Notes: generated by a model from the sequence alone, not told the origin. A DNA stretch of 64,000 nucleotides from Vulcanimicrobiota bacterium (GCA_963714015.1 OY970223.1:3200001-3264000), one strand, 5' to 3'. Shown: positions 1 to 10,276, counted from the first letter of the stretch. Made by a program: numbers and translations.

Positions 1-2657
1 AACAGAATCGGCAGCGAGTCGTTGCCGTAGTTACCATTGTCGACCGGCGGCGAGCTGGAGAATTCCGAGATGTAGTTCATCGTAAGGAATCCGCTAAGGC
101 CCGTCGGGCGGTCCGGTGAGGTGAGCTGGAACTCGATGCCCGACGTCTTCTCGACGCCGTTTGCACGCGTGGTGAAAACGGATGCCGAGGTTTGGCCCGT
201 AATCGGGTTCGGCGGACCATTCGCGAGCAGCGTGTTCTCTTCAACGTTGTAGCCGCGGCGGTCGAAGCCGGTGAGCTTCATGCCGAAGCCGCTGAGAGCG
301 CCGTTCGTGAATTGGTGCGACCACTGGATATCCCAGTTGTTGTAGATTGGAGGACCGAATCCGCCGAGGTCGGGCGCATCAAAGAACTGATCGCCGAGCC
401 AGTACAGCGAGTCGGTGTAATTCGGGCACTTGAACAAGTAGCCCGGACCTCCGTTCGGAGGCGTCGGTGAAACCGGATACGTCGCGTTCCATCCGCTGCC
501 GCATCCGGGGTTCGCCGCCGTGTCCTTCGCCGGCATGGTGTTGAAGAACGACGGATAGTTCGACAAGTTGAACGGCGTACCGGCCGTCTGAGCAAAGAAG
601 AACTCTACCGAACGTCCATACGAGAAACGCAGCGCATCGTTCGCACCGAGTTGGTACGAAGCGGCGAAGCGCGGTTGGAAGATCCGCGGACGCAGGAAGG
701 CGTTGCCCAACGATGATGGTGGGACATCGGAGGGGTTTGCCAATGCCTGCGGCGAGGAGTTGAACGGGTTTTCGCCCCAGTCCAGATTGTCGAGGTCCAT
801 GCGGACGCCGTAGTCCAGATGCAGACGCGAACTTACCGTCCACTGATCGCGTAACCCTACGCCGGACTCATGGAAGATCGCGTGGTGATAGTCGAGTCCT
901 TGGGTCGGGATACGCGGCAGCGAGCTGATGCCGTTCCACAGGCCGTTCGCCTGCATGTAGCTGTAGATGTAACATCCACCGCTCACCGGACACGGGTTGC
1001 CCGCACTAACAGGCACGGTCGTGTTCGACGGCAGATACCAGTCACTGATGTTTGGTTCGTTCGGGAGACCGATCCCAAGCGTTTCGAGCGAGAAATACGG
1101 CGACTGCTGATCCCAGCGCGGAAGATCGTCTTCCAGGCGGAAAGCGAGCGTGGTCGTATGGTTGGCTCCGAACTGGTGCGTGAGGTCGGCTTCGCCGAAG
1201 ATGCGCTGACCGCCAAGGGCGACATACGACGGCTCGAAGTTGCCGCTCGTAAAGTTCGTGTTGATGGTTTGGTTGTAGAAATTCGCCCACTGCAAGTTCA
1301 GGAACGTCGTGGAGTTGATGTTCCACGTATAGCCGAGCTTATTGAAGGTGAGCGGTGTCGCGGCGATCTCTTCCGCCTGGGTCGGGGATAGACTGGTAGA
1401 TGGAATGCCCGGGAAGAGCCACACAGTACTCTGGTACTCTTGCAGCGGCGTTTGTATGACGTTGCCGCTGGGACCGGTGACTCCGGGGAATTCACCTTCC
1501 CAAGCAACGTACGAGAGCGGGTTGTAGGGATAGTAACCCGCTTGCGCGAGTCCGCCGTAGTTGCCGTACTGCCGCTGATCTTCTTCGCGAAGCAGCCATT
1601 GCAGCGACATGTTGTTGTTGTGGCCGAAGCGCAGGACCAGGTTGTTCTGGACGTCATCGTGGTCCACGCGGCTCGCCCCGTAGTACTGTCCTATCGTGGC
1701 GGCGTCGACGCCGTACGGTGCATATTGCGGAACCGTCCGGGATCCGTCGTACGAGAAGTAGTCCGAGATCCGGTTGTTGGGCGTCGCCCAAGCATAGTCG
1801 AAGTCGAACTTATGGTCGTACCACGGCTCGCCGACTTCGGCATTCAGCAGGCCGGAAGCCGGGTAGGTGCCGCGCGGCGGAACGATGTTGATCACACCGG
1901 CGCCGATGTTGCCTTGCGTCGCATCGCCGGAACCGGAAACGACCTGCAGCGAACCGCCGGAGCCGCCCGCGATGTTGTTCAGGTAGCCGCCGGTGCCGAA
2001 CGCGCCGCCGGCGCCGTTACCATCGAAGAACGGAATCGTGAAATTCACGCCGTCGTACTGGTAGCCCAGCTCGACGGAGTTCGAACCGCGAACCGTAATG
2101 TTGCCCTGCGAATCCTGCATTGCGCCCGGGGCAGCCAAGATCAGGTTCTGTTCGTTCGTCGATGCGGCATTACCCAGAGCCTGGGTGATACGTTGTCCGC
2201 TGATGGTCGTCACGTCTTGCGTTTGCGTCGGCTGGAATGCGCCGTTTCGCGCCCGCGCGTTGACGTGGACGATGGTCTTGAGCGATTTGTTCAGCCGGAC
2301 CGTGCCGGTGCTGTCGGTTTCATCACCGAACACCGCCACGCCGGGCTGGGAGATTGAGTCGTAGCCGGCCTTCGTGAACGACACGGTATACGTGTCGGCC
2401 GGAAGACCGAGCATGGTAAAGTGCCCGCCGGCATCCGTACTGGCCGAGAAGTTGCCCGAAGGCGATTCGGCCGTCACATGGACGTCTGCAAGGGGCGCTT
2501 GCGTACTCGCGTCGATTACCGTTCCGGTGAGATTTCCTTGAACGCCGCCCGCCGCAAATGACGGGGCCGCCACGGATAATACCATGGAAAGGGCAACAGC
2601 GACGCAGAGAATCGCGCGCGCGAACCTGGTTCGCGCAACCGCGAGTGAAAACCGCAT
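1..2657 (-). CDS. TonB-dependent receptor with N-terminal carboxypeptidase-regulatory-like domain (3' end runs off window)
   Basis: Manual translation from ATG 2657 (GGAGG SD upstream): signal peptide, GxLxGTVID...GHFTMLGLPADTYTVSFTKAGY domain, plug region (VRGS..ELGYQYDG), barrel strands (LRDQWTVSSRLHLDYGVRMD, QPRFAASYQLGANDALRFSYG). Absent from the ORF track, consistent with no stop in the window. Confidence 0.9.
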   Translation of the reverse strand, partial: MRFSLAVARTRFARAILCVAVALSMVLSVAAPSFAAGGVQGNLTGTVIDASTQAPLADVHVTAESPSGNFSASTDAGGHFTMLGLPADTYTVSFTKAGYDSISQPGVAVFGDETDSTGTVRLNKSLKTIVHVNARARNGAFQPTQTQDVTTISGQRITQALGNAASTNEQNLILAAPGAMQDSQGNITVRGSNSVELGYQYDGVNFTIPFFDGNGAGGAFGTGGYLNNIAGGSGGSLQVVSGSGDATQGNIGAGVINIVPPRGTYPASGLLNAEVGEPWYDHKFDFDYAWATPNNRISDYFSYDGSRTVPQYAPYGVDAATIGQYYGASRVDHDDVQNNLVLRFGHNNNMSLQWLLREEDQRQYGNYGGLAQAGYYPYNPLSYVAWEGEFPGVTGPSGNVIQTPLQEYQSTVWLFPGIPSTSLSPTQAEEIAATPLTFNKLGYTWNINSTTFLNLQWANFYNQTINTNFTSGNFEPSYVALGGQRIFGEADLTHQFGANHTTTLAFRLEDDLPRWDQQSPYFSLETLGIGLPNEPNISDWYLPSNTTVPVSAGNPCPVSGGCYIYSYMQANGLWNGISSLPRIPTQGLDYHHAIFHESGVGLRDQWTVSSRLHLDYGVRMDLDNLDWGENPFNSSPQALANPSDVPPSSLGNAFLRPRIFQPRFAASYQLGANDALRFSYGRSVEFFFAQTAGTPFNLSNYPSFFNTMPAKDTAANPGCGSGWNATYPVSPTPPNGGPGYLFKCPNYTDSLYWLGDQFFDAPDLGGFGPPIYNNWDIQWSHQFTNGALSGFGMKLTGFDRRGYNVEENTLLANGPPNPITGQTSASVFTTRANGVEKTSGIEFQLTSPDRPTGLSGFLTMNYISEFSSSPPVDNGNYGNDSLPIL

Positions 2658-2877
2658 AGCTTTCCTCCACATGTTGTGTGAATGGGTTTCCGGCCTCGCC
2701 CAGCGGTTTCCGCACGCCCTGTTCCTTGTTTCGAACATGCCGAAGCCATGGGAGCAGCCGCACCCGAAGTACGATTTATGTGGAGAAAGCTAAGTCCCTT
2801 CTTAGTCCAATTTTAATGAAAGAGGCCGCCCGAAGGCAGCCTCAACCGGGGACTATTGAGGAAGACCGGCGCGGCCG

Positions 2878-4188
2878 CTAGCAGTACTGCCCGTTACAGC
2901 CGGGATGCATGGCGGCCGGGTTGACGCTGAGCTGCGTCGACCAAAACGCCAGGTTGGTGTCAAGTTGGTGGTTTTTGGCAAAGTAGGCTGCTGAGGTAGC
3001 GAGCTTCGGATTGCCCTGCTTTTGTGCCAGGCCTGCGGCCTTGTAAGCATACTCGGTAGCGCGCTGGAGCTCGTCCATGTTGCCGGAGGCCGGGGCGTCC
3101 TCACCCATGGCGACGGCCGCCACGAAGTAGGCCATGGCGTAGTTGGGGTTTTGGGCAATGGCCTTTTCGGCTTCAAGGCGCGCTCCCTGAAGATTGGGAA
3201 TCGGCTCCGTCGCTTCGACGATCGCGGCCTTCGTGTACTCAGGACCCGCAGCCCACTGCGGGTCGGCCTGCGCGGCCTTCTCGTAGAGCGCAATCGCGTT
3301 GCCGGAGTCGTGCCGGTTCTGTGCCGCCGTGGCTTGCATGTCGAGCGTATACGCCATCATCTTGCCGGCGAACGTGGGATCCATTTTATTCACTTCCGCG
3401 GTAATGCGCTGAACGGTCGCAGTATCGCCCGTAGCCTGCGCCGCAGCGAGCAGTTCCTCGTCGATGTTTGCCAGCGTTTGCTGATCCGCTGCCGGGTTGG
3501 AACTTTGAGCCAGCGACTGCGCTTTCTGCAGGGATGCCAGCGCGGCGCTGTTGTCTTTGTTGTCGAATTGCGCAACGCCGAGCGCGTAGTACGCCGAGTA
3601 ATCGCCATGCAGCGAAACGGCTTTCTGTGCTTCTTGCAGCGCGGCTTGGGGCTGCGTTTCGGCTATGGAAACGGCATTGAGAGCATAAGCTTGCATCGCT
3701 ACGTTTTGATAAAGGTCCGGAACCGTTCCGGCTTTGTCGAAGGCCGCGACCGCTCCCGGAATATCGTGCATGAATGCGTCCGCGACCCCGAGTTGCGCCT
3801 GAACGAGCTTGTTGCCGGGATTTTGCGCAAGCGCCTGCGTCGCGGCTGCCTTGGCGCCGTTGAAATCGTTTTGGTGCAGCATCGCAGCGATCTGCGCGCC
3901 TACGCCGCTGACTGCTTCTTGACCAAAGACGACTTCAAAGTCGAACAGCGAGCGGGCCGGCTGACCGTTGCGCATTGCCGGCGCGTATTTTGAATGTTTG
4001 GCGATGTCGAGTGCTGCAGCGTTGTCTCCCGGATTCGTCGAGTGAATTACGCGCAAGACCTTGAACGAGCCGTCGGGATTGACCTGAACCTGTACCAGAA
4101 CGTGGCCGGACCCGGCGGGTTCGACGACGCTGTTGGCGCGGCTAACGAGCCTTGGCGGTGTGTAGGACTGGGGCGGTGCTGCGAGCAT
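2878..4188 (-). CDS. TonB C-terminal domain protein fused to TPR-like helical repeats
   Basis: G.VLVQVQVNPDGS...AALDIAKHSKYAPAMRNGQP resembles TonB_C; Ala-rich TPR-like repeats follow; AAGGAG SD; adjacent to the TBDR. Confidence 0.75.
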   Translation of the reverse strand: MLAAPPQSYTPPRLVSRANSVVEPAGSGHVLVQVQVNPDGSFKVLRVIHSTNPGDNAAALDIAKHSKYAPAMRNGQPARSLFDFEVVFGQEAVSGVGAQIAAMLHQNDFNGAKAAATQALAQNPGNKLVQAQLGVADAFMHDIPGAVAAFDKAGTVPDLYQNVAMQAYALNAVSIAETQPQAALQEAQKAVSLHGDYSAYYALGVAQFDNKDNSAALASLQKAQSLAQSSNPAADQQTLANIDEELLAAAQATGDTATVQRITAEVNKMDPTFAGKMMAYTLDMQATAAQNRHDSGNAIALYEKAAQADPQWAAGPEYTKAAIVEATEPIPNLQGARLEAEKAIAQNPNYAMAYFVAAVAMGEDAPASGNMDELQRATEYAYKAAGLAQKQGNPKLATSAAYFAKNHQLDTNLAFWSTQLSVNPAAMHPGCNGQYC

Positions 4189-5494
4189 CTTCTCTCCTTA
4201 TAACGTGGGCAAACGCGCGAACGGCGGCAATCGAGCGTTCCGCAAGCATGCGGCGCCGCTCCTTTTTGTCCCGTACGTTCGACGCGAGCGCCGGAAAAGG
4301 CGCCCACGTGACATTGGCCGGCTGGAAGTCGGCGGTTTGCGAATTCTGCAGATGCGCCACGACGGCACCGAACGCCGACTCGCGCGGAAAATCGACCGGC
4401 GGCAACCCAAGCATCGCGCGCGCGGCGTGGATTCCGGTCATCGCTCCGCAAGCCGACGCTTCGACGTAGCCTTCGGCGCCGGTAATTTGACCGGCAAAAT
4501 AGAGCTCGTCCTGACCGCGGAGCCGCAAATGCGAATCGAGCAGGCGCGGAGAGTCGATGAACGTGTTGCGGTGCATCACTCCAAGACGCAGCCATTCGGC
4601 GCGGTCGAGCCCGGGAAGCTTGCCGAACGCCTCCTTCTGCGCCGGCCAACTCAACCGGGTTTGAAAACCCACCAAATTGAACGCGGTGCCTTCCACGTTC
4701 TCCTTGCGCAGTTGAACGACGGCGTACGGCGTCTTCCCTGTGCGCGGGTCGCGCAGTCCCACCGGCTTGAGGGGACCGAACCGCAGCACGTCGTCACCGC
4801 GATCGGCCATCGCTTCAATCGGGAGACATCCCTCGAAATAGCGCGCTTCCTCAAACGCTTTCGTTTCATGCCTGGGCAGCGTACGCAAATCACTCAGTAG
4901 TTCGAGATACTGCTCTTTGGTGAGCGGAATGTTCAGATAGTCGTCGCCGTCGCCTTTTTCATACCGTGATTTGCGGTACATGTGCGTTTCGTCGATCGAA
5001 TCGGCGGATACGATGGGTGACGCTGCATCGTAATAGTGGAGTCGCGGACGAACTAGGGAGTCGATTGCTGCGAGCAGATCGTCGCTGGGTAAAGGACCGC
5101 AGGCGACGATCAGCGGTCGATCTGCGGGGATGTCGCGCACTTCTTCGCGGTGCACGCGGATCCGTGGATGCGAGGTTATGCGAGCTTCTATCGCGCTCGA
5201 AAAACGCGTGCGATCGACTGCCAGCGCGCCGCCCGCTGGAACCGCCGATTCGCGCGCTGCGGCGATGACGACCGAATCGAGAATCTCGAGTTCCGCCTTG
5301 AGCAACCCGACCGCGTTCTCGAGCGCAGCCCCACGGAATGAATTGCTGCAAACCAGTTCCGCGAGATCGCCGGTTTTGTGCGCGGGGCCGCTTTTGCTCG
5401 GACGCATCTCGTACAGAACGACGTCGACGCCGCACAACGCGGCCTGCCAAGCTGCTTCGCAGCCCGCAAGCCCGCCGCCAATGATCGTTAAGAT
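4142..5494 (-). CDS. trmFO: Folate/FAD-dependent tRNA (uracil-54)-methyltransferase TrmFO (start codon uncertain)
   Basis: IIGGGLAGCEAAW, AELVCSNS, VPAGGALAVDR, FGPLKPVGL, GVMHRNTF, FAGQITGAEGY motifs; classic position after topA. Confidence 0.95.
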   Translation of the reverse strand: MLTIIGGGLAGCEAAWQAALCGVDVVLYEMRPSKSGPAHKTGDLAELVCSNSFRGAALENAVGLLKAELEILDSVVIAAARESAVPAGGALAVDRTRFSSAIEARITSHPRIRVHREEVRDIPADRPLIVACGPLPSDDLLAAIDSLVRPRLHYYDAASPIVSADSIDETHMYRKSRYEKGDGDDYLNIPLTKEQYLELLSDLRTLPRHETKAFEEARYFEGCLPIEAMADRGDDVLRFGPLKPVGLRDPRTGKTPYAVVQLRKENVEGTAFNLVGFQTRLSWPAQKEAFGKLPGLDRAEWLRLGVMHRNTFIDSPRLLDSHLRLRGQDELYFAGQITGAEGYVEASACGAMTGIHAARAMLGLPPVDFPRESAFGAVVAHLQNSQTADFQPANVTWAPFPALASNVRDKKERRRMLAERSIAAVRAFAHVIRREDARSTAPVLHTAKAR

Positions 5495-7611
5495 GACACG
5501 AGTTCCGGTTCTTCGGATGGAGCTTGCAGAGCGGCGATGCTGCTGACGTCGTGTTCCTTGTCGGCGCTGCACTCGAGCGACACGACGCCGCCGCGGCGAT
5601 TCTTCGCAACCACATAGGAGCCGCACACCGGGCAGGGCTGCGGAACAACGCGATCCCACGAAACGAAGTCGCACTTGGGATAGTTCGCGCAGCCGTAAAA
5701 GACTCGGCCTTTGCGGGACTTGCGCTCGACGATCATGCCGCCGTCCTTGGGGCACTTCGCGCCGGTGTCTTTGAGAATCGGGCGCGTCGTCTTGCACTCC
5801 GGATACCCGGTGCACGAGATGAAGCGTCCGAAACGCCCCGTCTTGATCACCATCGGCCGTGCGCAATTGGGACAGATTTCGTCAGTCGGCTCGTCTTTGA
5901 TCTCCAGCCGCGGAAGCTTCTTTTCGGCCTCGTCCAGCTCTTTGACGAACGGGCCGTAAAAATTCCGCAACAGCCCGACCCAGTCTTCCCCGCCCACGGC
6001 GACTTTGTCGAGGCCGCCCTCCATTTGCGCCGTGAATTTCAAGTCGACGATATCCGGAAAGTGCTCGGCGAGCAGATCGTTGACCGCGATGCCGATCTCG
6101 GTCGGCGTGAAACGCCGGTCTACTTGCGTGACGTAGCCGCGCGCCTGAATCGTTTCGACGATCGTGCTGTAGGTCGACGGGCGCCCGATGCGGTTCTCCT
6201 CGAGGGCTCGCACCAGCGTTGCTTCGGTAAAGCGCGGCGGCGGCTCGGTGAAATGCTGCTTGGGATCGAGCTTTTGCAGGTCGAGGTTTTGGCCTTGCTC
6301 CAGTTTGGGCAGGCGGCGTTTTCCCTCGCTGTCGGCAGCCTCGTCGTCCCGCCCCTCTTCATAGATTTTGGTAAAGCCCGCGAACTTCATCACGCTGCCG
6401 GTGGCGCGGAACGTGTACTGCTTAGCCGAGATGTCCACCGTGGTCTGGTCGAACACCGCGGCCGACATCTGCGAGGCCACGAAACGGTTCCAAATCAGCG
6501 TATATAAACGAAGCTCGTCGCGCTTGAGCAGCGCCGCCATGTGCTCGGGCGTGCGATGAATCGAGGTCGGACGAATCGCCTCGTGCGCATCCTGCGCTCC
6601 CTCGCGGACCCGGTACGCGCGCCCCCCGTAAAAGTTCTCGCCGTAGGTCTGGACGATGTAGTCCCGAGCCGAATCGCGCGCCTGATCCGAAATGCGCGTG
6701 GAATCCGTGCGCATGTAAGTGATGAGGCCGACGGTGCCTTCGGCGCCGAGGTCGACGCCCTCGTACAAAGCCTGCGCGATCTGCATGGTGCGCCGGACGC
6801 GCAGTTTCAATTTGCGCGATGCTTCCTGCTGGAGCGTGGAGGTCGTAAACGGCGGGGCCGCATTCCGCCGGACCTCCCGCTGCTTTATCGAAGCAATGTG
6901 GTAATCGGCGCCGTTCAAATCGCTAAGCACCGCGTCGGCCTGCTCTTTGTTCTCCGGAACGAATTTCTCGCCGGAGCGCAGTAACAGGTCCGCGGGGAAG
7001 ATCAGCGCCGGCTCCTGCGATGCGGTCAGGTGCGCCGTAATCGTCCAATATTCGCGTGGAACGAACGCTTGGATTTCGCGCTCCCGATCGACGATGAGCC
7101 GAACCGCGACCGATTGCACGCGTCCGGCGGACAAGCCGCCGCGCACCTTAGCCCACAGCAAGGGTGAAATCTTATAGCCCACCAGGCGGTCGAGAATCCG
7201 GCGAGCCTGCTGCGCGTTCACGCGATCGATGTCGATCCGATGCGGCTGCTTGATCGCGGCGAGAGCCGCCTCTTTGGTGATCTCGTGCAGTTCGATCCGC
7301 TTCGGATCCTCCAGTTTCAGGAGCTCCGCCAAGTGCCAGGCAATGGCCTCGCCTTCGCGATCCGGGTCGGTCGCAAGGTACACGTCGCTCGCACCCTTGA
7401 CGGCCGCTTTGAGCTCCTTGATGACGTCGCCCTTACCCTTGATCGTAAGATATTTCGGCGCAAAACCGTTCTCTACGTCGACGCCGAGCGTGCTCTTCGG
7501 AAGATCTCGAACGTGCCCGACCGACGCTTTCACGACGTAGCGCGCCGGCAAAAACTTCTTGATCGTGCGCGCCTTGGTCGGCGACTCCACGATGATGACG
7601 GGCTTTTTCAC
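5488..7611 (-). CDS. topA: DNA topoisomerase I (type IA) with C-terminal Zn ribbons
   Basis: IVESPTKA, LATDPDREGEAI, SAGRVQS, ITYMRTDS (catalytic Tyr), QDAHEAIRPT, GRPSTY, C4 zinc ribbons; GTG start at 7611. Confidence 0.97.
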   Translation of the reverse strand: MKKPVIIVESPTKARTIKKFLPARYVVKASVGHVRDLPKSTLGVDVENGFAPKYLTIKGKGDVIKELKAAVKGASDVYLATDPDREGEAIAWHLAELLKLEDPKRIELHEITKEAALAAIKQPHRIDIDRVNAQQARRILDRLVGYKISPLLWAKVRGGLSAGRVQSVAVRLIVDREREIQAFVPREYWTITAHLTASQEPALIFPADLLLRSGEKFVPENKEQADAVLSDLNGADYHIASIKQREVRRNAAPPFTTSTLQQEASRKLKLRVRRTMQIAQALYEGVDLGAEGTVGLITYMRTDSTRISDQARDSARDYIVQTYGENFYGGRAYRVREGAQDAHEAIRPTSIHRTPEHMAALLKRDELRLYTLIWNRFVASQMSAAVFDQTTVDISAKQYTFRATGSVMKFAGFTKIYEEGRDDEAADSEGKRRLPKLEQGQNLDLQKLDPKQHFTEPPPRFTEATLVRALEENRIGRPSTYSTIVETIQARGYVTQVDRRFTPTEIGIAVNDLLAEHFPDIVDLKFTAQMEGGLDKVAVGGEDWVGLLRNFYGPFVKELDEAEKKLPRLEIKDEPTDEICPNCARPMVIKTGRFGRFISCTGYPECKTTRPILKDTGAKCPKDGGMIVERKSRKGRVFYGCANYPKCDFVSWDRVVPQPCPVCGSYVVAKNRRGGVVSLECSADKEHDVSSIAALQAPSEEPELVSS

Positions 7612-7618
7612 GGGCCCT

Positions 7619-7648
7619 AGTATACCCCCGCGGTCAAGGCCTGGGCAA
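7619..7648 (-). promoter_or_regulatory. Putative sigma70 promoter of topA (probably leaderless mRNA)
   Basis: TTGCCC-N18-TATACT, then 7 nt, then GTG start; no SD. Confidence 0.55.
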
Positions 7649-7817
7649 ATATGGTAGGCCGCGCGCACGCGCGTGATACCGGATCTCCACCGGCTCGTCA
7701 ACATCATTTCAAGGCTAGATTTGCAATTATTTCAAAAATTAACTATGATGCGCACAAAGCGCTAAATTGCGCTGTCCACCACTTCGAGTTCGTCCCCCGA
7801 GGACGATGGGAGGAAGA

Positions 7818-8293
7818 ATGGATTCCGATATGATGTCAAACGGCATGACGATGGGTGAAGAATCTTCGTCACGCCGCGGCGGACGCCGCAAAGGCGGTCG
7901 CAAGAAAGGCACCGGCGGTCGCAAAAAAGCTACGGGCGGCCGTAAATCTGCGGACGGCCGCAAGAGCGCGGGGCGCAAAGGCGGACGTAAAAAAGCTGCG
8001 GGCGGACGTAAGAAGCTGCCGGCGGACGCAAGAAGTCCTCAGGTCGCAAGAAAGCTACGGGCGGACGCAAAAAGGGCGGCCGCAAGAAAGGCACCGGCGG
8101 ACGCAAAAAAGCTACGGGCGGACGTAAAAAAGCTACGGGCGGACGCAAGAAGGCCGGTCGCAAGAAAGCCACCGGCGGACGCAAAAAAGCTGCGGGCGGA
8201 CGTAAAAAAACTACAGGCGGACGCAAGAAGGCCGGTCGCAAGAAAGGCACCGGCGGACGCAAAAAGGGCGGACGCAGAAAGAAAGCAGCGTAG
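7818..8293 (+). CDS. Lys/Arg/Gly-rich histone H1-like repeat protein (GGRKK repeats); one-base frameshift near 8012
   Basis: GGAGG SD + ATG 7818; about 20 GGRKK(A/G/T) units continue in another frame after ~8012 to TAG 8291-8293; followed by a terminator. Confidence 0.8.
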
Positions 8294-8307
8294 CAGCAGA
8301 TGAAATT

Positions 8308-8337
8308 GAAGAGCGGCGTAATCGCCGCTCTTTTTTT
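8308..8337 (+). terminator. Intrinsic terminator
   Basis: GAGCGGCG-TAAT-CGCCGCTC followed by T7. Confidence 0.85.
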
Positions 8338-8548
8338 ACGTTTGCGGAAGACCGTTCTTGTGCCGTGCGCAATCTCCGGGGTCCCATTCCCACAGTTGAT
8401 CGTCGAGTACCTTGGATGCTCCGCATCCGCAATTCCAACGCAGCACGCTCATTGGTTTCCCGGGTTCGGCTGACGTCGGCGGGACGTTTTCCTCGGCCGG
8501 TTCACCCAATTTTGCGATGAGATCTTCCTTCGAATAATGCACGTTCAC
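8336..8548 (-). CDS. Small hypothetical protein with CxC...C..H motif
   Basis: 70 aa ORF filling an intergenic gap; WNCGCGA...WEW..GDCARH; converges on the terminator. Confidence 0.55.
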   Translation of the reverse strand: MNVHYSKEDLIAKLGEPAEENVPPTSAEPGKPMSVLRWNCGCGASKVLDDQLWEWDPGDCARHKNGLPQT

Positions 8549-8750
8549 GTCGGAATCCGTGTTCCCGGTGCTGGGACCATCCTAACCGCCCGGCCCCCCA
8601 TTTACTACTAGTCCTCAAGCACCTTGTGACGCTTACAAGGTCCGCCTACACTAAGTAAGGACTGCCGGGCCGGATGCCGGATCTTGGCTCGGCACTCTGC
8701 TTTTGATCGGCGCCGGTCCTTCGGCGCCGATTGCGTTTTCGGGACATTTC

Positions 8751-9038
8751 GTGAGCGAGCATCACATTGAAATCGCCGTAGGACGAACGCACACGGTACG
8801 TCTGGCCGGCCTCGGATCGGCCGGATATTCGTGGAGCTGCAGTGCGGATGGCGAACCGTCCATCGTCGAGTTCTCGCGGGAGCCCGTTGCGGTGGAATCC
8901 GGAAGCGCCGACGAGCTGCTGCACATTCGCGGCGTTCGTCCCGGCCGGGTGCGCATCCGCTGCGTTCAAGGCCGCATCTGGGAAACCGCGCGCTCTCCGT
9001 TTAGCGAAGAGATCTTCGACGTTGTGGTTTCGGGTTGA
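8751..9038 (+). CDS. Chagasin-like (I42) protease inhibitor family protein
   Basis: ~95 aa beta-rich; L.G.GSAGYSW and Q.R.WE motifs typical of I42 inhibitors. Confidence 0.65.
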   Translation: MSEHHIEIAVGRTHTVRLAGLGSAGYSWSCSADGEPSIVEFSREPVAVESGSADELLHIRGVRPGRVRIRCVQGRIWETARSPFSEEIFDVVVSG

Positions 9039-9049
9039 AGATCGCTTCG

Positions 9050-10140
9050 CTATTTTACGATCGCGTGTTTGATCGAGCACCCGCCTTGCTTGTTGTTTGC
9101 CAGGTTCGACCATATGCCCTGAACGGCAAATGTTCCGGTCGTGAGCTGAATATTTTGAACGTGTCCGGGACCCGAGGGGTCCCATATACAGAGATCGCCC
9201 ACTTCCTCGCCGTTGTCCGCCGTCCAACCGCCCGCCGGAAACTGGTCGGTGATCGTCTCGGCCCATTCGTGTCCGTTGACAATCGAAACGCCGTCGAGCC
9301 TGTTTCCGGGATTCACGAATCCGGCGCCGCAATCGGCCCCGGCGTTCGGAACGTACGGCATGTTCGTAAAGGCGATGAAGGGGCCGCCGACTGCGCCGCC
9401 GCCGTCTAGACTACTGTCGCCGCTATAGTCGTGCCAGGCACAAAAACCGTTGCTTTTATAGCCGTCCGGGTCCGCTCCCGTAGGAGATATCACGTCGTAT
9501 TGCACGCTGCGGTTGGACCGCTGCGTGGTATTGCCGAAATGCGTCGCGGCGTTTTCAGACTTCTTGTGCGAGCTGATGCGCAGTGGCTTTCTGCGGTGCC
9601 GGACCCGACGCGTCTTCCCAAACGCCCGCGAGGGCACCGCCCGCCGGATAACCGACGTGCGTAACGTTGGAGGAACAGAACGTGGCGCCGGCCTTTACAC
9701 CCTGGCAATATTGCGTCATCACCCCGCTCCAGAGCCTCGTTGCCCGTGCCCAAGCCTGCGAAGAACGCCTGCACGTAAGGAGCCAGATTGTCGGGATCGT
9801 TGGAGAAGGTTGTATAGCCTTGGCCATTCTTGCCTTTTTTGCCCCATTGATTGCCCCAGAATACGAGGTAGATCTTGGGGGTGCCGGTGGTCACGCCTAC
9901 GCCGTCGATACCGCCGCGGAAACGGACGTCATACGAAGAGATCGCCTGCAGCGGCTCTCGCCTTCCTAGCATCGGTAGCAAACCGTGCCGATAGGAGCCG
10001 CTGAACTGTCCTTGCAGCTGCAATTGCGCGTCATGCTGTTCCGGGAGTACGCCGGCTGCCGACCCCCCGATTTTTCCGGAGCAGGCAGTAAGTGCCAGCG
10101 CCGCAATCAAAGCAGCGCCGGCGAAACGATTCAAAGTCAT
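9050..10140 (-). CDS. Secreted lipoprotein with HExxE motif (bacterial Phi-1/EXORDIUM-like); two frameshifts (~9735, ~9560)
   Basis: Lipobox LTAC; IYLVFWG, FCAWH, HEWAETITD, GEEVGDLC, FAVQGIWSN spread over three ORF-track frames. Confidence 0.7.
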
Positions 10141-10276
10141 CCGTTTCTCCTCGTTCCGCCATCGTAGCATCGGACGGCGTCCGCCGTTCTGGGCCGAATC
10201 TACCATTTCGCAATTTGCAGCCGGGCGAACGCCGCACGAGTTTGGCAACGGAATGCCTGCGGGTACTCCAGGCTCC

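Noticed and set aside
870..2357. Long plus-strand ORFs (870-1391, 1440-2357)
   Set aside because: Antisense shadows of the minus-strand TonB-dependent receptor; typical of high-GC DNA.
7870..8290. Tandem DNA repeats as a possible CRISPR array
   Set aside because: Short degenerate units vary at synonymous positions, have no unique spacers, and there are no cas genes; this is a protein-coding repeat.
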